From an uncultured Planctomycetia bacterium (GTDB lineage: Bacteria; Omnitrophota; Gorgyraeia; Duberdicusellales; 4484-171), in contig CAZAYU010000003.1 of the NCBI GenBank assembly GCA_964489445.1, forward strand, positions 134,715-198,714: a DNA stretch of 64,000 nt, read 5' to 3'. Positions 62,501 through 64,000 of this stretch are shown one piece after another; position 1 is the stretch's first letter; each line of letters begins with the position of its first letter. A program made the translations under genes and the position numbers. Under the pieces are notes generated by a model. The model had not been told where the DNA came from. It saw nothing but the letters and a program-made list of their open reading frames with translations, and ran no database searches.

Positions 62501-64000
62501 AATCTCAGATCTGTAATCGGGAAAGGTGCGCTTGCAAAAAACAACGCGCCGACGAATAAAAGAGCTGTACCTGGAACCGGAATAGATGTATCAGGAGAAG
62601 ACAGAGAATTAAGCTCATTGTCCGTTAATAATATAAATAACGGCAAAGATTTATCAAATAAGCCAGAAGGGCTTAGAGAACGTATTCATCAATTATCTAG
62701 TGGGTTGAAAGAAACCCTCAATTCTTGTGCTCCGCCTTTAGAAAAAGGCGAAAATTCTATTTTACTGTCTTCAGCAATCATTAATACTTCTTCTAGCTCT
62801 ATAGTCAATAATGATAAATCTGGATCAGTTGACCCTTTACTAGGCAAAGAAACCGTGCCTTCTAATAATTTACAAACGGAACAATTGCGAGGCATAACTA
62901 AAAAACTCAACAAGGGTATTCATTATATGCAGGCACGAATCTTTAGTTTAGAACGTTGGGCTCTTAGCACTGAACCGGACAAATATGAGATGGAAGAGAT
63001 AACGAAACTTATGAGTAATGATAAGTATGAGTTTGATCCGGCTAAAGAAGTAGTTTTAGCGCGCAGGGACTATTATGGAGCAATGGCAGTTACCAAGCAA
63101 AGATTAGAAGAAGAAATTAAGAAAATAAAAAGCGGAACAATATCCATTGAGGAACCGGTAAATTTAAAATTATTAATTAACAGCTGTGCCAAGTTTATTA
63201 TTTCCAGGGATAACTTAAAAAATATCGAGTTAGATGGGAAAGAAGAATTAGAAATTGCGGTAAACAAAGCTGTGTCTCTTTCGGCAAAAATTATAGCCGT
63301 TACCGAAGGGATAAAATTTTCAGTGAAGGAAAAAAGTGAGGGAGAAGATATTGAAGCTTCAAAGTTGTTACAAGAGGTACTTAGACGACTTGGTGGTTTA
63401 GAGAAAGAAGTCAAGAATACCAAAGCAATAGCAGAAGATACTAATAAGAGAATGGAAGATACCAGCAGGGAAGTAGAAAAACGAACAAAAAGAACTGAGA
63501 TAAAATTGGATATTGCGAATAAAAATATGAGTGAAATGAATAGGGAAGTAGAAGAACGAACAAGAAAAACTGAGATAAAATTGGATATTGCGAATAAAAA
63601 TATGAGTGAAATGAATAGGGAAGTAGAAGAACGAACAAGAAAAACTGAGATAAAAGTGGATATTGCGAATAAAAATATGAGTGAAATGCGGACTAAACAG
63701 CAGGAAAGTTTTGAAAATTGCTTAGAGGGAAGCTTGATAAGATTGGGTTTTGATAAAATCGCCGATAAAATAAAAAAGGCTAGAAAATTCGGCGCAAAGA
63801 TTAATATGTTAAAAATTGTCAGAATTTCTCGGAGAGCATTAAAAACATTTAGCTTTTCCAAAGAAAACTTGATTAAGTTAAGTGAAAATAATCCCGGCCT
63901 TTTAAATAAGCTGATCTTTATTGAACAGCAATCCGAAGGCATTCATCATGCTTTTAGTGTGAATAATGTCGATGAGCAGGGTGTTTGGGTTTTAAGCGAG
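41531..64000 (+). CDS. Giant protein (at least 7490 aa, 3'-truncated): signal peptide, C39 peptidase, Gly-rich hydrophobic regions, PG-binding motif, internal repeats, transglutaminase-like, HExxH and CheD/CNF1-like domains
   Basis: Manual translation from ATG 41531 (MSIEQKHTG...KPWIRTIALLVVFAFLHQ) met no stop up to 64000 (...EQGVWVLSE). The ORF track shows only short antisense or off-frame ORFs here, consistent with an unterminated ORF being omitted. Confidence 0.9.
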   Translation, partial: MSIEQKHTGVFNEAQKERAKPWIRTIALLVVFAFLHQNIVLGFTGNNFFFQSQIMPQGPKAVLDISSSFLQEEAPEAVRNILNAVSSNPGISKIKFPSGKILDVNNKLNLTPQGIDQIYTLLKEKPCGTEALYDYLRNYGLSNSQTEVASILFSIDVLENSENLRIDPQSLQNSLYSLVHGAEFFGYQLTPIELKKPFPVFILQEFTPFIAHFKIGHYVVVRKIEDGKVFCIDNGMPAEYSLKKFLQDFSGYAAVANFKPFSFVKKVSLDKAKVIKGSRQGTNLRNWSQLANLDKIRQQVDDFRSDAQSKILKSMAIQAGISVVGSFASGFIKGAAGTVPKGATVATDLTTGGNYLVEGSVGARTFTEVGSFSHMVNSGWTNMASSFSSVGSGMVMGLSGSALCTGISGIGRAYDWDRGTTRIVSALSMGALYGGLQGFSGGGQYGMFGATVDAGWTGALKGAAAGVGYNLVRVPVGDYLAERFGENWDTVGYAIGGIAGDLAASSIMSGLNGDFTLGGKIEVDPNKGYGLGDHLYGQIGSWTEDLVTAGMQGLANELDLGNTWEAMFSFSGGFSRGLVDSQLNKQTSWHDGLMSGLEKGVYSMGVSYFENWMEDNIGGALGDWVKDSTMNRNMLANLATGTLAGGFYGLASDNDWNIPGMTQENKNLGWWNIATIPLDSVVEANQAMFSFGKSRLDSGQISFSKYLQNLTDVFIPKYDWQISREVRSQLKNYDYDKKLELANNFNQKGSLYEGKIFNSDGSINNKALSDAYGNFMVDQSLYPDMMENFLQAMDSMGAQYHHWNAVANLQKFASPIVQQSISSLTKYNAMDGNLGIVTNQAIEDLKGRDVFQSRTTVNGHQGFKYEEREYDEYGEYEMYIESKQTSNPYKEGSNLAGMLERYKDLDSGTESKDIRYEDGFVFYRLGEAYIDDKTMDFVFINTNHEQRNFNFNSIESFIGPVDKLLKAGHSANSITSLKSFGIDYVAISIFSNLKSATKFYGMKDVDWWFDEIMAVGEKKLGEYHYGNNSIKGNFWQTADQKGKLISFLSADAKMYDGANNQIGHALAGVARAGMPQLILFNQEKYNLSLSSSSNGLSRQIPVQGLMHVAEINNDLSVQKGSFISFDVNSVKQKDGKIKNELNPAIPSDFLSRLSNKDLGIESLKINEFGRHDWGNTFYTEGRYQLKYADKDVQITPRYTGFGEVGDTIKIGDKEIKFPVSTAYEVRVEYNKGITFKDIDRGKKQIDIFSIDSDNTDIAASVAARYSAPWISEVLNIKKAEPVFRPLAPNVDIKVFTSSEESGENIAENFSLVKSGFGLDGVNINGNIKKRLSGVLTGARDLVPEKVDASFYGNELKLDEQAKTKLPSQNYHPYAFKSENSPITVGNHLIRYADARSSWDMSVDNSGNFSSNVKLRIGGKVVVNNRIKSLSTQNRRIEALQGTDKVWAVYNSGLFPDMAGVINVGKGETINMVTSPKIPTFNNPKEKEALTEVPKDLLGNQIKILKPDNKPAANQYELIQERFDNNKDIMNVLNEGTHGSLRGVSRDERSAVNEFGDGAYVFYTDSSGVSGYTYNSIFDIQGDRPAYPHNYYFGYKDARVITRQGSSRVEFLPKFQNAVKSAYQKNKNTWKPAVYWQMVQDESTILNNNNIKLSGQKEEVKIPVSLVHQGALLHIDGRLAAVKKDFYQLPTALAEKSEDKQFYGDTAQGLFISGWTPQSVLKDVLNVKSQHKSSEQTGKNDIVKLKQTEKQLRTDANMISFSSETDKQKIEMALQNFSRQHFSGDVHAVIEGSVDTSQGNVVNLSTSYLLLGSFNNKERELVIRNQKPESSHLIPFQAGVPKGLKATFTPEKYENDVLNKTLTYSGKGNLPFAVFQSTPQGFAGGFFKVGRFGEVTEELLVPSQGLEALSINTSDLKKLPAYYSNVLSRAKAADNNAIAKGVLPLAVSFGAKDRVSVVLGMINGKKPGETFAVLYRGQWGGDNNLYGVGFVSTKKNGLILDRAIQDSDKQYVGKTEIDALYLGMKGYGTGGTDNFGMKADINRSQVWGRISGYSKQKKLIKEAATPKLKIHDNNLVEINFGLQKSILFDRDKAEFPVSRLNSIAQNLGIKLSGLETKDSLIRKIQGKLKITVDGVIGQNTKQAISKALSSGNSNFSQQIKQASSTGRSILNLDAQDDQEYGLLLKDSNLTMFLNPLTASGQPNVNFEDKLCVYDNAVWNIIDAGQMEKSKGEIVKFKPSNRSEWTTVLEGIKPGHLSPDKIKNSTFQIANRLRAGKGKVFFDVNGGVSFGADTTYSLTMDINKRNIAQTRPLGIVNDGLLALILEAEEMISGKDYDPSTQKWLKGAREKGLAQFKNQHKTEISLLSGKIQNKEKISAKEAQAIATQEILKRAGASHEDLKNLVYQVGAAAHTGDIAVGKTSAGITPLLDKENINPAIINGIEFSVIDRGKVWLSRLFESDGNQGIKASAQPVEIASFDIGDVIKWHGTEKISKQRVFTFSAGKDDVFLSFAQKKFKPEQTKKTQPSLKVTARLKGANSKDTTGQKIKKPNPAADDDGISFVREASASISPNAVSTSTPVGEQQQEIDNLKNKKKVIEGQLAYLQSQKSEAPIDRYNNQGPSYKEMNNRENELKAERQKIQTQIKELDAAEQPVAVAEANPSVNSANSSASPSLSSKAEALPVAKTKTNNTGLSLISPVDASTPVVATETTTSDLPVTAKDDTGLSLIPAASASIPPIVKGGASRSLNAEDNKPARLLPGVEKWLASDGVVEIEKRKVTIQPNKESVSATTNKKGSTISMSALINDAVNERLAIGDKKVESEKHEEAVSPVNTTVISTTVTPVSEEEVYKEGYVGRAKGFISSLFSGSNESQPQVVKEPYESMHDAVNRVMEEDTAGLSKEPPASVAIEKPKLAAPVVTTKTDPVDNNAGFSLVPPADASIPPSVVTGEDRVNNNGQTRRIDDPNSWKNSGTVGIKKREVTIKPNTEITSATDSNNKGSIINMSALIEDAVDEAIGDKKVEIEKHEEAVITVRTTITSTTVTPVSGEGYVERAKGFISSLFSGSNESQPQAIKKKYESIHDAVDRVMKEGDTAGLSKEPLALVAIEKPKSASLGAKTETYPAEKNTGFSLVSTVDASIPPSAVTGEDRVSNNGQTRRIDQDRWENSGTVEIKKREVIIQSNNKSTPATDSSPRESTFNFSAELDEAIKNIPNRSSNSFGQYKSTEPVVGKNNDEKVNQVVGESIEKTGIKSAPLSHIEIDHGAVRTLEGVSGSYELGGVKEGSLSSFVLFVNNGELAGAEWAYKIFPTLQGVNFNLPGQEKIAANSNSKPKFYNSGQSVNMQTANVQGVRIFNNVYANTGALEDGKYNLKKAFKLVVLPKERVEVGLSIQHLPEVLKAFAAGQINSSPRINNNVVVTYHVNSAGKQGEVNYGKVLGKVKDNQFTIYGNVGDLLSGTEQTLDDLLKRSGINGLDSSSQTALKGKDIEYEVINQAPYELESITAGGRKISRKTDKEFFEETISRKLGAGERVGNVLIDGLVQGILGGMVGLLLSPLADSTNRVVYRPSLLGDEAWGTTKRTWSWINKQLDFGLMGITGKEDLGKLAEMGFTPKRIELGKNSVPDEEQKKFVNNYHIKGIAAETLSGGVIEVMSEVKTPAEQSNISSRVEKEGGKEKASSNRQIKTTTANTNNKETTITHFIDNSWHLGRGEYSFNIEENQSGGFDIGSLNWESLGEIKVKAFGGHPFSELSGYSPKTEVLAIPTLGGFKNYIGEKTSVSLSFKGSIALISGVEGYRQFQAITTRGENQGWDALVSSNGQCALLNKGKIEAYVPDIEQVGTVVVVGKGKRFKITDTSGLFGRLDNTLGVVGNSVWGFLRLPMDVGSDLLYSPFRLLGLAKGEAFEFTKNGALASSETASKQFISIFTGKGLEKIKAGKDNSSKSREFNIVKKDGAYLIARKISENEAITFVVSPTKDLEVYTINKNRTLGEKTLDMTNPEEVQDYFKNYMGDKYIEGMGQRTEKNAETPTIAKAQKQAREHVIYITENGVIKEKTTLLNYLEKNTGQPFEQSLAGIGKLLSTRLTGKKVEFSDPAVKALIGYAILGKLVINPSLTAIPWVKINQGLITINADCAGSAFLFEQGIVKLIPEAVKQTVGNYLDVVTVPGHVFSGFYLDPALKGSKGYADFNKEEKKQIITFELARRDLPLVSNMASLEANEVYDAKKITLGFHPAFSSRKGGKGAGEENLLSPSADTNGLFPAIRVLYNNLAIESGRLGNQAAARQYLYLSGLNVNENDNIVLTANGLALNRGGDSVYLPALGGPEGGQIRVALGKDGKPEYYYQKGIEGLNVFSGESVVFTDNNGMVRKHSVVSNLAFPGEFGKKYGEFYKIISFDGKESSYIQKKEGESLQLNDEMLGTIIKEINKTHTIVVNPEVGLTAGLNNSDKLLTSIVVPNEILNEKVKGKARNQTGREIMDDLSVGQSSGDSGMSFIGKYWEKTKNGAHEICNRIGETSLYRMYFGESNEEEASRLVDSGEAINTYTGNRWIDNIFDYNGNNIYIIKDGKMAVIDGMNALMLGALLEKNNPQEYGIVNAALIRRDGMTNLEIGTDIVLLALTAIPLARIGIAGIKAGGGALLKVGFSKVGFGSVEKGFLESRLVGVIENTVSKKITNLLSEVSKGMTSVSLDGGKRKLAETVAANLPGGVSPARMISRNTLAAMGRSSLEHIVAPALSANVNLIGINMMMNVANGNDFFQGITLHSTMRTALVGIGFAGLIPSRNPALGIRSFQGYAKEVMMRQFIRVGSKKFSFKGYNGGIQGIGWAGQGVLRGAEQVFGISSDIREQFWTPLHIAATLWALSPTAAKDSMTAKGFLKDHIWDSMKSRKAYYFAGVPAGYLGLKYIQSKDYDLGMINFIKNDWMPELALMFAGLGGLKHIGSLKDGARSAGKKALETLRNPQAAVARGVAQVKNFRNSFSYSFFARKQLLQMGSVAQVLTVFNGTAKAAGLVVEGVMRTFGDWGEDNPLSGRNANTALGNIFGRRTGQKAWAVIPQSMAEGAVMGAGFGALMAVARPVLEPVMHRLPVISRAMRYWDRNYGNTLVGTQEFKWFGRMFKNRFMARFQSFFVEEHLKEELVASTLLRSVRFGGNSLEGHALNEFFQETITDFTGRFTITHLSRQLSFAIGEKGGKVIGIESEAWSKDAPMSKTQLADAINASYGRVKQHQIPNISTDKKLPDNLKLVIEFKDGSRQNIEVENSRDVGEALNTQHFKQQYRGESVDFLKKEIETGIGDRYSSKAHAAREVLLEQIAENDEDHIVRLANGENITFQTQTIDPVLFDIGNALSLVLAKNTSALQKLEALQKNSLSPWAFKDFGFSGSKARADQHLLFKRFTAQALYTQSILAEANALRNPTRSNEELYQALFSQHRQAKDEKEYYATYYKTLEKEGKDYWRGNAFTRLGLLGVGLKGYKDEYNYIHVIQPEKIKQANEALLSDVSLYAKKEIELKRQLRSLDNQNKLNKEQRKEKIEIERKIKALEWIQIDFNLDSSLTGEMEVSRQAVMKEIKDEKTRLSETFQVFTSTGRVRDFVKQGFKEFKRNEGGPLKVIKAFRVAYNNYYKALDPLKVVQQAYSRSKKHQFLFSGRDSEFLNQELDGFLGNEALGLLRNVNTQEDLSLNDIYQPKLFGEFDLFYNRLINQLTDKISDYEKEIADNSSDYQLLARRDKLEDIKTRLDKIDTKHIASVYDFAAVLDDALMPVTDKDIRTHAKALRMVAQERDNRINDREWLDSRLKEEIQTVNELRKGIEKLTAKEIKAQNKLSSGSEFRELVIEMESKGKNADEKEAMEININSMSSEKFFELAKKMYLENDASEIAKANAKLWEKRASNLVISIRETHDGSAKIIRESSGQYTLIMPHSRVEENLRSNGSSSFSLNDTGIYELEHELGHRYQYGLGVTMQESGTMNKTPQDEVLALTRDVANLSKNIKNNSNYRKTTFVNMIGAITGTNYLGDRLMEFIPLEEQEKIAQRIEKDILNIKKIRLSNLSTWRVPYVKLPWFKQSALEWGTKSGISGRIERVLRSNDGKLPSFAMQSSDPHSLFLPVQSNEQQDYILEDDRRFKEKMIEEIVFIRPKEDIKKILKMAKDNGIRIKTKYSLNKYIRKAASLGILGGEAIGAFNNERLENGKGIVYLPWGWKDNPFESRAILAHEVAEHALGDKNSENVMHDFVNLIDAVEQLERVDNKLKDTLEKARNYHRTGYDNLGKNLAKQAEENELADEQGKISGENLKKLRTLIDGVILRLENENVDYFQNPEAAIQKLKELKEKESVSLNELKILQITASDYYVATEIFAHYASEQYGYQSNKRVRAFIDRVQGHPEIQSMLDDRLSRLDISPSRRMHSKQKEIALIIGSDTSLAKKKGYASSYAGDSGGEADEEEIGQQELIDELRRMIEESKVIPEGNEASASSGISNSEAENLQAYKKTSNSGNFNKVLPAQKQDERSSSSIDSNKVAIEKMIKKQNSMHDQKQEIDNFLFGSQAGFSAKEVKTNEDNANSRLLSKGADSLFGSLSIGSNGTEAGDKGPSKKENVLKEVLSNLDIADESSAAPNVLNNGSDMKLLRANDVVRLSGKGFEYLVETDKTTGFKLRFNRGERPEIENISFDAAVQLPLKIKQGEMAVFKLTPEEAKLFMNGNFYTNELSTCTGVSLKGKYNDYSVLGIAHIPQGQISDDPLLPQKVFESVIDKSIDIGLTDINIGVYYFSGGESKTPFPSQEGLKQKYSEVKEIEVFDGYVPGKGGLKPVGMSFSDSNNKEFKASNGGAGGNNGSSSISSGRKGSTVASSSIPIEEDSAQRLPFDNSPFNSNANGQMPWIPASSSPVNPIGVNPMSSGSSLIFGKVIKGVRNAAEEFFCSSALAASPIEQAALKGASSSAYKASTGASGKNAGPSNMVSSAMSSGRIDQSKEDKIDKLFNKIARFTGNLRNFAESFPEFFKKLSENLRSVIGKGALAKNNAPTNKRAVPGTGIDVSGEDRELSSLSVNNINNGKDLSNKPEGLRERIHQLSSGLKETLNSCAPPLEKGENSILLSSAIINTSSSSIVNNDKSGSVDPLLGKETVPSNNLQTEQLRGITKKLNKGIHYMQARIFSLERWALSTEPDKYEMEEITKLMSNDKYEFDPAKEVVLARRDYYGAMAVTKQRLEEEIKKIKSGTISIEEPVNLKLLINSCAKFIISRDNLKNIELDGKEELEIAVNKAVSLSAKIIAVTEGIKFSVKEKSEGEDIEASKLLQEVLRRLGGLEKEVKNTKAIAEDTNKRMEDTSREVEKRTKRTEIKLDIANKNMSEMNREVEERTRKTEIKLDIANKNMSEMNREVEERTRKTEIKVDIANKNMSEMRTKQQESFENCLEGSLIRLGFDKIADKIKKARKFGAKINMLKIVRISRRALKTFSFSKENLIKLSENNPGLLNKLIFIEQQSEGIHHAFSVNNVDEQGVWVLSE
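49590..51150 (+). repeat. About 2.5 diverged copies of a ~590-bp (~196 aa) in-frame repeat
   Basis: EGYV(G/E)RAKGFISSLFSGSNESQPQ at 50075 and 50663 (588 bp apart); G(L/F)SL...ASIPP at ~49690, ~50310 and ~50900. Confidence 0.88.
63467..63688 (+). repeat. Three tandem 75-bp (25 aa) coiled-coil repeats
   Basis: REVEERTRKTEIKLDIANKNMSEMN; ACTGAGATAAAA at 63494, 63569 and 63644. Confidence 0.93.

Noticed and set aside
42592-63942. Dozens of short minus-strand and off-frame ORFs in the track (e.g. 49450-50130, 55192-55746, 63073-63942)
   Set aside because: They are shadows of the uninterrupted + strand giant ORF and show antisense-type composition with no motifs.
41531-64000. Alternative genetic code or non-coding desert to explain the empty ORF track
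   Set aside because: The standard code gives one open frame; the missing call is explained by the absent stop codon.
1-64000. tRNA, rRNA, prophage or diversity-generating retroelement
   Set aside because: No such genes, reverse transcriptase or template/variable repeat pair were recognised by eye.

Overview
Low-GC bacterial window in four parts. (1) 1-8141: the C-terminal end of a large modular protein (at least 2711 aa, probably truncated at the left edge). It is built from enzyme-like modules (HExxH protease, two kinase-like domains, degenerate GHKL, HEAT/WaaA-like glycosyltransferase, TPR), separated by short S-S-[AGS]-hydrophobic linkers, and ends in a GGIDL domain. (2) 8.2-22.9 kb: housekeeping genes (queA, EF-G paralogue, YchF-like, purH, folC, mnmE, folE, PduO-type, amrS, RsbW/STAS, mlaEFD, protein-only RNase P). 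(3) 23-39 kb: an unusual Tad/Flp pilus locus with two PPIase lipoproteins, CpaB, a secretin fused to a TonB C-domain, a TadZ-TadA fusion, about 11 pilin-like genes and TadB/TadC. (4) After a small mobile islet (Y1 transposase, RelE/AbrB TA pair, frameshifted GxxExxY gene), a giant ORF absent from the ORF track starts at 41531 and runs without a stop past 64000 (at least 7490 aa). It carries an N-terminal C39 peptidase followed by a double-glycine-like site, and several effector-like domains. The pilin cassette and the giant gene sit behind near-identical promoters and c-di-GMP-I riboswitches wired as transcriptional ON switches. The gene content suggests Ca. Omnitrophota (inference). Best candidate for a new system: a c-di-GMP-activated, Tad-associated giant polyprotein that is proteolytically cut into effector modules. 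All domain calls are by-eye motif recognition and were not database-verified.
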